From NCBI GenBank assembly GCA_009914755.4, contig CP068257.2:30496001-30560000 (forward strand): a stretch of 64,000 nucleotides of DNA. Direction: 5' to 3'. Shown piece after piece: positions 40,249 through 52,030 of this stretch. Within the stretch, counting starts at the first letter, position 1; each line of letters begins with the position of its first letter. The stretch is from the human T2T-CHM13v2.0 reference genome, Homo sapiens. A program made the translations under genes and the position numbers. Below the pieces are notes generated by a model. The model did not search any database, had not been told where the DNA came from, and saw nothing but the letters and a program-made list of their open reading frames with translations.

Positions 40249-40289
40249 TTGAGTACTAAATTAATTAATTAATTAACTAAGTAACATGA
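40249..40289 (+). repeat. 41-bp exact repeat, copy 2
   Basis: gagtactaaattaattaattaattaactaagtaacatgat; identical to 39066–39106. Confidence 0.9.
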
Positions 40290-40899
40290 TGCTAAATTGC
40301 AATCCAAAGCATAAAATAATTATACATGAGTCCATACTGATATAAATTTATTCATATAATTAAATAAATATGTAAATAAGGGAGAAAAGATATAGCTTTC
40401 TTAAAAAAGAATTCGAAATAATTATGTAGATACTCCCCTTCGAGAGATGGAGTCTAGTGCTACCTCCCTGTGCTTGAACCTGGGTGGATCTTTATGACTT
40501 GCTTCCAAAGAAGAGAATATGGAAGGGAGAAAGGGTAACTTTACAGTGGAGAAAACTTCCAATTACTACCTTGACTGAGTGATCAAGGAGAGGCAAGGGC
40601 TGAAAAACTACCTGTTGGTTAGTAGTTCACTATTTGGATGATGGGCTCGAGAGTAATTCAAACCTCAGCATGATATAATGCTTAGCATTTACTACCATGT
40701 AATAAACCTGCACATTTATCCCCTGAATCTAAAAGAAAAAAAATTTAAAGAAATTTCCAAGTTCTCAAACTGAGCTTAATGAAGACCACAAATTAGTCTT
40801 GACTTTTCTCAATCCCTGACTGTATTGAGATGTTCTTCTCTTCTGTTGTCTGCCAGAGTATAGGGTGAATCTTCTCTGGAGGTAGATAATATGATCCAG

Positions 40900-41605
40900 A
40901 GCTCTATAATTTATTATGTACAACATCCAGCCTTCAATTGAAAATTATCAGACATACCAAAAAACAGGACCAAAAGAACAACTAGAGAATAGACTTACAG
41001 GTTCCCATATGCTGAAATTATCTGATATAGATTTTAAAATAACTGTAATTAATATGTTGAGAAACTAGATTACCAGATGAAGTTTTCACCCAGATAATTG
41101 GAATTTATTTTTTAAACACAATGGAAATTATAAAACTAGAAATTACAAAACTGAAATTAAAAACATAACATGAGGTTAATAGTAGATTAAACATAGCAAA
41201 AATGAAGATTGGTGAGCTGCAAGATAGGTCAGCAGAAAATATCCTTACTGGGGCATAGAGAGCAAAATGAATAAAAAAACCAAAAACAGCATAAGAGACA
41301 TGTACCACACAGTGAAAGACTTAACATCCATGTAATTGTAACAATATATGCAGAAATAATGGTCAAGGATTTTTCCAAATGAATTAAAGACATCAAACCA
41401 CAGATTCAAAAAGTATTACAAACTCTAAGCAAAGCAAGCAAAGAAAATCATACCTTCTCACATAATATTAAACTGTCAGAAGCCAAAGACAAGGAAAAAA
41501 GTCTGTTTAACTGCCTGAGAAAAATATATGTATTATTTTCCAAGGAGAAAACATAAGACTGACATCTCAGCAAAAATAATGGATACAGAAGACAATAGGA
41601 CGTTG
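40900..41605 (+). mobile_element. LINE-1 (L1M-type) ORF1 region, 5' part of a split element
   Basis: ...aatatatgcagaaataatggtcaaggatttttccaaatgaattaaagacatcaaaccacagattcaaaaagtattacaaactctaagcaaagcaag... is collinear with L1M ORF1 (aagcaatattcaaagagataatggctgagaattttccagaattgatgaaagacatcaatccacagattcaagaagcccaacgaatcccaagcagg). Confidence 0.6.
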
Positions 41606-41980
41606 TTATGGACTGAACGATTGTGTCCCCCCAAAATTCTCATGGTGAAGCCCTAGTTCCCAATGAATGATGTTTGGAGGTGGGGTCTTTGGGAGGTAAT
41701 TAGGTCATGAAAGTGGAGCCCTCACAAATGGCCCTCATATATATCTCTTATGCTTCCCTTATATGAAGAGATGTAATAGAGATGATCAATCTCTCTCTAC
41801 CACATGAGGAGACAGCAAAAAAGGCAGCCATCTGCAAGCGAAAAAGAGGGCTCCAACCAGGAACCACATTGGCTTGCATCTTGATCTCATACTTGCTGGC
41901 CTTCAGAACTATGAGAATTAAATGTCTGTTGTTTAAGCCACTCAGTTTGTGATATTCTGTTATCCCAGCCCAAGCAGACA
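41606..41980 (+). mobile_element. MaLR-type solo LTR (MLT-like family), copy 2, nested in the L1
   Basis: ttatggactgaacgattgtgtccccccaaaattctcatggtgaagccctagttcccaatgaatgatgtttggaggtggggtctttgggaggtaattaggtcatgaaagtggagccctcacaaatggccc...ccacatgaggagacagcaaaaaaggcagccatctgcaagcg...cttgatctcatacttgctggccttcagaactatgagaattaaatgtctgttgtttaagccactcagtttgtgatattctgttatcccagcccaagcagaca. Confidence 0.6.
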
Positions 41981-42640
41981 AAAACATATGTCATCTTCAA
42001 AGTACTAAAAGAAAATAAATGTCAACAGAGAAATCTACATCCAGAAATAACATCCAATAAAAATGAGAAAGAAATGAAGGAGTTTTTCTAATGTCTACCA
42101 GGAGACTTATGTTAAAAATGGACTTATTTAGACAGACAGAAATGTATGAAGGAATTAAAGGGAACAGGAATGGTAAATATATTGCTGAAACTAAATTTTA
42201 TATTGACTAGATGAAATAATAATAATATGTGGTACAGTTTCTTATATTGTAAAATAAAAATGCATTGTAAAGGGTAGAAAAGAGGGAAATCAAGTCAAAG
42301 TGTTGTAAGGCCCTAGCATTAATCTGGGAAGGGCAAAGGTACTAATTAATAGTAGTCTTTAAAATGACAGTTGTGATATTTAAAGTGATCACTGAAAGAG
42401 TAGTAAAAAAATATGCATGTAACTAATAAGCTAGCATTGGGAAAAACACTAAAACACAATCTTTTTAAAGCATAAAATGAGGAAAAAAGGAAAATAAGAA
42501 ATAAGCAGCAAACAGAGTATAACTAGTAGGATGATGGATATGTACCTGAATATGTCAGTAATTTAATCAGTGTAAACAATCTACATACTTCAATTAAAAA
42601 TCAAAGATTGGTAAGGCACTTCTGGATTGATGGGGCCCTC
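41981..42640 (+). mobile_element. LINE-1 ORF1 end, inter-ORF region and ORF2 start (continuation of the 40900 element)
   Basis: ...atgtcagtaatttaatcagtgtaaacaatctacatacttcaattaaaaatcaaagattggtaaggcac... matches the L1 ORF2 start (atatctttcaataattactctgaatgtaaatggactaaatgctccaatcaaaagacatagggtggctgaatgg). Confidence 0.5.
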
Positions 42641-43100
42641 CAAAATTCCACTCCTCCATAAAAGCGCAGAGAACAACAGAAGCAGAATTGGTCAAAATCA
42701 CCTATGTCAGAACTCTGGAAATTAACCAAAGGCTAACCAATATGAGGTGCATTTATTCAAGAAAAATAGCTGAATCTTAGTAAGGATAACAATCTTTGTG
42801 GTTTTTTAACTTGCCCTGGTCCCACCCCCACCCCTACCTTTCAGCTTAAAAACCAGCAGCCTCACAAGCACGGCAGCTGTGAAGAACAGCAGTCTAGCAG
42901 CCACTGGAAGGGGCATAACAGATTTGAAACCCTCTAAAAAAACTCATTCCCAGAGAGTTGTCACTATATGGCCCTTCTAGCAACTCCCTGGAAAAGCCCC
43001 ATTCATAAAGCCCCTCTTTATTTGACCTGACTCAGAGCTCACTCAGTGGGCATTTGTCAAAATCATCAGTGCCAATTAATTAACATCACAGCTGCCTCAA
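42640..43100 (-). mobile_element. ERV-LTR-like fragment (U3–R with AATAAA on the minus strand), unclassified
   Basis: The minus-strand reading contains ...ggtcaaataaagaggggctttatgaatgggg... (poly-A signal) downstream of promoter-like blocks. Its last 115 bp is repeated at 43986–44100. Confidence 0.3.
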
Positions 43101-43689
43101 GTGGCAAAACTAGTTGGGCCAAATGAGAGGCTGGCAGAAAACTCAAAAGGAAAATATGGAAAACGAGATGTCCATAGGGAACTTTGAAAAATCTAAAAGG
43201 CCATGAGCATGGCTAGGATTTCATGCATGCCCAGGAAATATCTGAGAAAACCCTAATCTCTTACCGGTGTCTAACCTTGAGGCTTTGTACAAGCAGGAAA
43301 TGAAGGCAAAGGCAGAATTGTAAGCCACTGAACACTGAAGATATACCCCGACACACACACACAGAGCCCCTCAACTTAAAATGAGAGCTATACTGGTTCA
43401 AGGCATTTGAGGAAACCTCTGTCTAATAATCATATGAACATTAAGTTAGTCAAGTAGAAGCTTTAGTGGCCACACACAACAAAGAATAAAACTTCACGGA
43501 ATAAGCCCAGGAAAGTCACTAGAAAAACAAACAACAACAACAATAAAAAACAACAACAAAACTTGAAGAGCAAGGAAGAATCTGACTTCCAGAGTGGCTG
43601 CATTCTATTATTTTTAATGTCCAGTATTCACAAAAAAGTATAAGATATGAAAATAAATAGGAAAATATAGCCTATATATAGGAAAAACA

Positions 43690-43985
43690 GTCAACAGAAA
43701 CTATCCCTGAATAAGCCCAGATATTGAACTTGCTAGACAAATACTTTAAACAAACTATTATAAATATGTTCAAAGAACTAAAAGAAACTGTATCCAAAGA
43801 CTTAGAGAAACATCTCACCAAAAAGAAAATTACTGGGTATATACCCAAAGAAAAACAAACTATTCTACCAAAAAGACACCTACACTCATATTTTTATCAC
43901 AGCACTATTCAAATAGAAAACACATGGAATCAACCTAGGTGCTCATCACTGATGGATTAGATAAAGAAAATGTGGTACTTTGGAA
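43690..43985 (+). mobile_element. Chimeric L1 fragment (ORF1 piece fused to an ORF2 3' piece)
   Basis: ...ttataaatatgttcaaagaactaaaagaaactgtatccaaagacttagagaaacatctcacc (ORF1-like) is joined directly to ...attactgggtatatacccaaagaaaaacaaactattctaccaaaaagacacctacactcatatttttatcacagcactattcaaatagaaaacacatggaatcaacctaggtgctcatcactgatggattagataaagaaaatgtggtac (ORF2 C-terminal: ccactactgggtatatacccaaaggaaa...aatggaatactactcagc). Confidence 0.5.
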
Positions 43986-44100
43986 TACTACAGAAAATCC
44001 CCATTCATAAGGCCCTTCTTTATTTGACCAGACTGAGAGCCCACTCAGTGGGCATTTGTAAAACACCATCAGTGCCAATTAATTAACATCACAGCTGCTT
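43986..44100 (-). repeat. Second copy of the 115-bp LTR-like segment (partner at 42958–43100)
   Basis: ccccattcataaggcccttctttatttgaccagactgagagcccactcagtgggcatttgtaaaacaccatcagtgccaattaattaacatcacagctgc versus ccccattcataaagcccctctttatttgacctgactcagagctcactcagtgggcatttgtcaaaatcatcagtgccaattaattaacatcacagctgc. Confidence 0.8.
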
Positions 44101-44124
44101 GTGATGTTATATTTATATAGAAAA

Positions 44125-45125
44125 TATAAGAAATGGAAATTCTGGAGTAGAAAAGTAGAATAACTAAATTGAAAATTTCAGTAGAGGGGCTGAATAGAAG
44201 ATTTGAGATGGCAGAAGAAAAAAATAGAAAGACTGAAGATATATCCATTGGAAGGACATAAGGAATAGAAAGGGGAAAAAATTAAGAAAAACTAACATAG
44301 CCTCATAGACTTGTAGGACAACATCAAGCCTACCAACATACACATAATGTGAGTCCCAAAAGGAATATAGGTTATTCTATATTATAGAATAGATATAGAA
44401 TAATGTCAATAAAATACTAGTGAACGAAATCAAGCAGCATATAAAAGGATTATACATCAAGACCAAGTGGGATTCATCCCAGGAATGTAAGGTTAGTTTA
44501 ATACCCAAAAATCAATCAACATAATATACAATATTCATAGAATAAAGCTGAGGGGGGAAACATATGATCATCTCAATAGATACAGAAAAAGCATTCGACA
44601 AAATCCAACATCTTTTTATAATAAAACACCCTACAAACTAAGAATAGAAAGAAACTTCTTCAGCCTGATAAAGGGCATCTAGGAAAAAACCTACAGTTAT
44701 CATTATACTTAATGACGAAAGACTGAATGCTTTCCCTTAAGGTCAGGAAGAAGACAAGGATGTCCATTCTTGCCTCTTCTATCCAACATTATACTGGAGG
44801 GTTTAGGTAGTGCCATTAGGCAAGAAAACGAAATAAAATGTGTCCAGATTGAAAAGGAAGAATTAAATATCTCCATTAGCAGATGGTATGATCTTCTGTA
44901 TAAAAAGATCCTAATGAATCTGCAAATAAAACTGTCAGAACTAATAAATGAATTCATCAAAGTTGAATTCAACAAGATAGTCTACAAGATCAATATACAA
45001 AATTCAATTGTAGTTCTATACACTGACAATAAACTGTTTGAAAAACATTTTATAAACAATTCTATCTATAATAGCACCAAAAAGAATAAAATACTTAGAA
45101 ACAAATTTAACAAAACAAGTACAGT
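44125..45125 (+). mobile_element. LINE-1 fragment: ORF1 end joined by internal deletion to the ORF2 reverse-transcriptase region
   Basis: aaatggaaattctggagtagaaaagtagaataactaaattgaaaatttcagtagaggggctgaatagaagatttgagatggcagaagaa... (ORF1). Then ...gcagcatataaaaggattatacatcaagaccaagtgggattcatcccaggaatgtaaggttagtttaatacccaaaaatcaatcaacataatatacaatattcatagaataaagctgaggggggaaacatatgatcatctcaatagatacagaaaaagcattcgacaaaatccaacatc... (ORF2 RT: gatcaagtgggcttcatccctgggatgcaaggctggttcaatat...aaaaaccacatgattatctcaatagatgcagaaaaagcctttgacaaaattcaacaacc). Track ORF 44770..45171 (...LEGLGSAIRQENEIKCVQIEKEELNISISRWYDLLYKKILMNLQIKLSELINEFIKVEFNKIVYKINIQNSIVVLYTDNKL...) parallels ORF2p ...[77 protein letters not shown]... 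Confidence 0.75.
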
Positions 45126-45475
45126 TATGTTTCACTTAATGACAGGGACACATTCTGAGAAATGTCTTTAAGACAATTTCATCATTGTATGCACATCATA
45201 GAGTGTACTTACACAAACCTAGATGGTGTAGCCTGCTACACAACTAGGCTATATGGTATAGCCTATTGCTCCTAGGCTACAAACCTATATAGCACATTAC
45301 TTGACTGAATACTGTAGGCAATTTTAATACAATTATAAGTACTTGTGTATCTAACCCTCTAAACACAGAAAAGCTACAGTAAATATACAGTATTATAATC
45401 TTATGGGATCACTGTCATACATCCAGTCCACAATTGACTGAAACATTGTTATACGGCACATGATTGTACAAGATT
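45126..45475. mobile_element. Short (about 350 bp) internally deleted copy of a MITE-like interspersed repeat, nested in the L1
   Basis: ttatgtttcacttaatgacagggacacattctgagaaatg...catcatagagtgtacttacacaaacctagatggtgtagcctgctacacaactaggctatatggtatagcctattgctcctaggctacaaacctatatagcacattacttgactgaatactgtaggcaatt...cagtattataatcttatgggatcactgtcatacatccagtccacaattgactgaaacattgttatacggcacat. Matches a known human repeat consensus (tgtttcacttaatgacagggatacgttctgagaaatgcgtcgttagg...ggtattataatcttatgggaccactgtcgtatatgcggtccatcgttgaccgaaacgtcgttatgcggcgcatgactgta) whose two ends are imperfect inverted repeats. Family name not recalled. Confidence 0.45.
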
Positions 45476-45479
45476 TGCA

Positions 45480-46235
45480 AACTGAGAACTAGAAAACATT
45501 GTTGAAACAAATAAGAGAAGACCTAAAAACATGCAAAGATACCATCCCATGTTCATGGATCAGAAAACTTCATACTGCCAGAAGGACAAGACTCCCCTAT
45601 ATTGGTCTATGGAACTTAGTAGCAAGAAAACAAGCTTATTTTAAAATGGGCAAAGGACTTGAATAGCCATTTCTCTGAAGAAGACATAAAAATGGCCAAA
45701 AGGTATATGAAAAGGCACTCAATTTCACTAATCAACAGAGAAGTACAAATTAAAGCCACAAGGAGATATCACCTCACACCTTTTAGGATGGCTATTATCA
45801 AAAAGACACATGATAACAAGTGTTGGTGAGGGTGTAGAGAAAATGAAACCCTTGTACTCTGTTGATAGGAATATAAATTGCTGCAACCTTCATGGAAAAT
45901 AGTATGTAGATTCTTCTAAAAATTAAAAATAGATCTATCATAGGATACAATAATCCTTTTTCTGGGCATATACCCAAAGGAAACAAAATCAGTGCTTCAT
46001 AGAGATATCCGTGCTTCCGTGTTCATTGCAGCATTATTCACAATAGCCAAGATATGGTAACATCCTAAGTGTCTGTCAACAGATGAATGGATAAAGAAAC
46101 TGTGAATAATATTCCATTTGACTATAGTAACACTTCACTATGTATATCAAAACATCATGTTGTACACCCTAAGAATATACAATTTTTAAAAACCAAATTG
46201 ATGTATAGCTTCAAAGGAATTGCTATCAAAATCCC
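45480..46235 (+). mobile_element. LINE-1 ORF2 C-terminal region and 3'UTR (same element as 44125–45125)
   Basis: ...aaaatgggcaaaggacttgaatagccatttctctgaagaagacataaaaatggccaaaaggtatatgaaaaggcactcaatttcactaatcaacagagaagtacaaattaaagccacaaggagatatcacctcacaccttttaggatggctattatcaaaaagacacatgataacaagtgttggtgagggtgtagagaaaatgaaacccttgtac...ttcattgcagcattattcacaatagccaagatatggtaacatcctaagtgtctgtcaacagatgaatggataaagaaactgtg... parallels the L1 3' consensus (aaatgggcaaaggacatgaacagacacttctcaaaagaagacatacaaatggccaacaaacatatgaaaaaatgctcaacatcactaatcatcagagaaatgcaaatcaaaaccacaatgagataccatctcacaccagtcagaatggc...gatgagtggataaagaaaatgtgg). Confidence 0.7.
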
Positions 46236-46242
46236 AGATGCG

Positions 46243-46281
46243 TTTTCTTTCCTTTTCTTTTTCCTTTCCTTTTTTTTTTTA
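46243..46281 (+). repeat. (TTTC)n/(T)n pyrimidine tract at the L1 junction
   Basis: ttttctttccttttctttttcctttccttttttttttt. Confidence 0.9.
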
Positions 46282-47630
46282 ACAGAGACTAACAAGATGA
46301 TCCTAAAATTCATATGGAAATGCAAAGGACCAAGAATAATCAAAACAATCTTTAAAAAGAACAAAGTTGGAGCACTTACAAATCCCAGCCTCAAAACTTA
46401 ACAATAAAACAGCATGATACTGGCATAAGGATAGACCAAAATATCAATGGAATAGAATTGGGAGTTCAAAAATAAACCTTCATATTTATGGCAAATTTAT
46501 TTTTGACAAGAGTCTAACACAATCCAACAGGGAAATTGTCTTTTCAACAAATGGTGTTGGGACAACTGGTTATCCATATAAAGACAACAGAAGTTAGATT
46601 CCAACCTCACACCATAGCCAAAATTAACTCAAAATGGATCATCAACCTAAATGTGGGAGCTAAACCTATAAAACTATGAAACTGTTAGGAGAAAACTGTT
46701 GGGGTAAATCTTTGTGACTTTAGGTCAGGCAGTACTTTCTTGATTATGACACCAAAAGCATAACAAAAAAAAGATAAATCATACTTCATCAAAATTAAAG
46801 TCTTTGGTGCTTCAAAGAAGACAATCAAGAAAATGAAAAGGCAACTCATAGAATGGAAGCAACCATCATAGGAATGAATGCTCAGTATCACTAGTCATTA
46901 AGGAAGTGCAAATCAAAACCACAATAAGATACCACTTATTAGAATAGCTAGAATCAAAATCGACCATAACAAATGGGGGCAGGAATGTGGAGAATTTGGA
47001 ATCCTCATGCAATGCTGGTAGGATTATAAAATGGTGCAGTAACTTTGGAACACTGTTTGGCAGTTCCTCAAAATGTTAAGCATAGAGTTATTGTATGACC
47101 CAGCAGTTTCACTCCTACAAATATACCCAAGAGAAATGAAAATATATTTTCACACAAAAACTTGTATTTGAATGTTCCTAGCAACATTTTTTATAATAGC
47201 CAAAAAGTGGAAACAACCCAAATGTCCATCAATGGATGAATAAACAAAAGATGGTATATACATACTCTGGAATGTGATTTGGCAGTAAAATGAAGTACTG
47301 ATGATGAACCTTAAAAACAATAAGTGGAAGAAGCCAGTCACAAAGATATATTGTATGATTCCTTTTATAGGAAATACCCAGAACAGGCAAATCCACAGAA
47401 ACAGAAAAAATACATCAGTGTTTACTAGGGGCTAGGGGATGGGGGTAATGAAGAATGACTGCTAACGGATATGGGGTTTCTTTTGGGAGTAGCAATGAAA
47501 ATGATCTAAAATTAAATAGTTGTGATGATTGCAAAACTCTGTGGATATACTAAAACCACTGAATTTTATACTGTGAAGTAGTAAATTTTACTATATGTGC
47601 ATTATATGTCAATAAAATATTACTTTTTAA
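46282..47630 (+). mobile_element. Second 5'-truncated LINE-1 copy: ORF2 middle to C-terminus plus 3'UTR
   Basis: ...gatcctaaaattcatatggaaatgcaaaggaccaagaataatcaaaacaatctttaaaaagaacaaagttggag...caacaaatggtgttgggacaactggttatccatataaagacaacagaagttagattccaacctcacaccatagccaaaattaactcaaaatggatc...ggaagtgcaaatcaaaaccacaataagataccacttattagaatagctagaatcaaaatcgaccataacaaatgggggcaggaatgtggagaatttggaatcctcatgcaatgctggtaggattataaaatggtgcagtaactttggaacactgtttggcagttcctcaaaatgttaagcatagagttattgtatgacccagcagtttcactcc...ggcaaatccacagaaacagaaaaaatacatcagtgtttactaggggctaggggatggggg...aaaaccactgaattttatactgtgaagtagtaaattttactatatgtgcattatatgtcaataaaatat. Every block is collinear with the L1 ORF2/3'UTR consensus. 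Confidence 0.8.
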
Positions 47631-47927
<297 letters not shown>

Positions 47928-47929
47928 TA

Positions 47930-48620
47930 ATTTTTAATACCAAAAATTGTCAGACTGCGTTTTTAAAACATGCATGCTGCTTATAAGATGCTCTGTATAG
48001 AAGAAAGTTGAAAGTAAAATAATGAAAAATATATACTATGCAAGCACTAATCAAAAGAATGCTGACATAGCTCTCAAACAAGGTAGACTTTAAGACAAGA
48101 AGCACTGCTAGAGCTATAGATGAACACTACCCATGGCATATGTTTACCTATGTAGCAAACCTGCACATCCTGCACATGTACCCCGGAACTTAAAATAAAA
48201 AGATGAACATTTCTCAATGAATAAGTGGTCAATTTCCCAGGAAGATACAACAAAACTTGCATGTGTTTAATAACACAGCTTCAAAATATACAAAACAAAA
48301 TTGAAAGAGCTAAAAGAAATAGTAAACAAATCCACAATCACAGTAAGAGTCATTAACACACCATCCTCAGTAACTAATAAGACAAGCAGAAAAATGACAG
48401 TAAGAATGATGAAAACTTGAACATGATTAGCCAACTTCACAAGTGACATACTGGGAACATAATATTCAATGACATAGAATATACATTCCCTTCTCAAGGA
48501 CACATAAGATATTTATTAAAACAGACCATATCCTGGTCATAACACAAGTCTCAAATATAAGAGAACTGAAATCACTCAGAGTAAATTTTCTAAACACTAT
48601 GGAATTAAGCTAGAAATAAA
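47930..48620 (+). mobile_element. LINE-1 (L1M-type) ORF2 endonuclease-domain region, 5' segment of a third L1 that resumes at 50190
   Basis: ...tatactatgcaagcactaatcaaaagaatgctgacatagctctcaaacaaggtagactttaagacaagaagcac... and ...cacaagtgacatactgggaacataatattcaatgacatagaatatacattcccttctcaaggacacataagatatttattaaaacagaccatatcctggtcataacacaagtctcaaatataagagaactgaaatcactcagagtaaattttctaaacactatggaattaagctagaaataaatacag parallel the ORF2 EN-region consensus (...ccatgcaaacactaatcaaaagaaagctggagtggctatattaatatcagacaaagtagacttcagagc...ccaagatagaccatattctgggtcataaaacaagtctcaataaatttaaaaggattgaaatcatacaaagcatgttctctgaccacaatggaattaaattagaaatcaataacag). Confidence 0.65.
48128..48215 (+). mobile_element. 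About 85-bp extreme 5'-truncated L1PA-type 3'-end insertion nested inside the L1M ORF2 sequence
   Basis: ccatggcatatgtttacctatgtagcaaacctgcacatcctgcacatgtaccccggaacttaaaataaaaag matches the final about 80 nt of young primate L1 (ggcacatgtatacatatgtaactaacctgcacgttgtgcacatgtaccctaaaacttaaagtataataaaaa), complete with a short A-rich tail. Confidence 0.5.
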
Positions 48621-49192
48621 TACAGTCATGCATTGCTTAACAACAGGGATACATTCTGACAAATATGTAGTTGGACAAGTTTGTTATTGAGCAAACATCA
48701 TAGAGTGTACTTACACAAACCTAGATAGTATAACCTACTACACACCTAGGCTATATGGTATAGACTATTGCTCCCAGGCTACTAACCTATATAGCAGGTT
48801 ACCAGACTGAATATTTTAGGCAGTTGTAACACAATGGTAAGTATCTGTGTATTTAAACATACCCAAACATATAAAGATACAGTAAAAAATGATATTAAAA
48901 ATATCAAAATGGTACATCCATATATGGCACTTACCATGCCTGAACGGAGCTTGCAGAACTAGAAGTCACTCTGAGTGGGGAGTGAATGTGAAGGTCTCAG
49001 ACATTCTTGTACGCTACTGTAGACTTTACAAACATTGTACACTTAGGTCACACAAATTTATAAAAATATATTTTATTTCTTCAAGAATAAACCTTAGCTT
49101 ACTGTAACTTTTTTACTTTATAAACTTTTTAATTTTTTTTTTAACTTTTTGGCTCTTTTGTAATAACACTTAGTTTAAAACACAAACACACC

Positions 49193-49487
49193 GGCTGGGC
49201 ACAATGGCTCACTCCTGTAATCCCAGCACTTTGGGAGGTCGAGGTGGGTGGATCATGAGGTCAGGAGTTCTAAACCAGCCTGCCCAACATAGTGAAACCC
49301 GGTCTCTACTGAAAAAAAAAAAAAAAAAGTAGCTGGGCGTGATGGTGGGTGCCTGTAATCCCAGCTACTACTTAGAAGGCTGAAGCAGGAGAATCACTTG
49401 AACCTGGGAGGTGGAGGTTTCAGTGAGCCAAGATCACACCATTGCACTCCAGCCCAGGTGATAGTGAGAGACTCCATCTCAAAAAAA
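49193..49487 (+). mobile_element. Alu SINE nested in the long MITE-like copy
   Basis: ggctgggcacaatggctcactcctgtaatcccagcactttgggaggtcgaggtgggtggatcatgaggtcaggagttctaaaccagcctgcccaacatagtgaaacccggtctctactgaaaaaaaaaaaaaaaaagtagctgggcgtgatggtgggtgcctgtaatcccagctactacttagaaggctgaagcaggagaatcacttgaacctgggaggtggaggtttcagtgagccaagatcacaccattgcactccagcccaggtgatagtgagagactccatctc. Confidence 0.95.
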
Positions 49488-49510
49488 AACAAAAACAAAA
49501 ACAAAACAAC
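49488..49510 (+). repeat. (CAAAA)n microsatellite from the Alu tail
   Basis: aaaaaaaaacaaaaacaaaaacaaaacaac. Confidence 0.9.
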
Positions 49511-50189
49511 ACATTTTACAGCTATACAAAAATTTTTTTCTTTATATTCTTATTCCATATGCCTTTCTGTTTTAATTTTTTTATTTTTAAACTTTTTTGT
49601 TAAAAACTAAGACACAAACACATACATGAGCCTAGGCCTACACAGAGTAGGATCCTTAATCCCACAGTCTTCCGCCTCCACATTTCACCCCACTGGCAGG
49701 TCTCCACACAATAACATGCATGGAGCTGTCTATGATAACAATGCTGTCTTCTGGAATACCTCCCGAAGGACATGCCTGAGGCTGTTTTACAGTTAACTTT
49801 TTAAATAAGTAGAACGAGTACACTCTAAAATAACTAAAAAGTATAATATACTAAATACATAAACTAATAACATAGTTGTTTATTATCATTATCGAGTATT
49901 ATGTACTATATGTAATTGTATGTGCTATACTTTTATACAACTGGCAGCATGATAGGTTTGCTTACAGCAGCACATAGTTCATTGAGCTATGATGTTACAA
50001 CGGATATGACATCACTAGGTGATAGGGTTTTTTCAGCTCCATTATAATCTTATAGAACCATCACTGTATATGCAAACTATCATTGACCAAAATGTTATTA
50101 TGTGGTGCACAACTTTAGCTAAAAATCCCTAGGAAATCTTCAAATATTTGTAAGCTATATTGTTTAATTTAAAAAATTCCCTTTTAAAT

Positions 50190-52030
<1,841 letters not shown>

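Larger units (their letters stand above)
48620..50115. mobile_element. Long (about 1.2 kb excluding a nested Alu) copy of the same MITE-like repeat seen at 45126, splitting the L1 ORF2 sequence
   Basis: The start tcatgcattgcttaacaacagggatacattctgacaaatatgtagttggacaagtttgttattgagcaaacatcatagagtgtacttacacaaacctagatagtataacctactacacacctaggctatatggtatagactattgctcccaggctactaacctatatagcaggttaccagactgaatattttaggcagttgtaacacaatggtaagtatctgtgtatttaaacata... is homologous to 45126–45400. The end ...tagggttttttcagctccattataatcttatagaaccatcactgtatatgcaaactatcattgaccaaaatgttattatgtggtgcacaact is homologous to 45400–45475. The L1 ORF2 reading resumes at about 50190. Confidence 0.4.
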
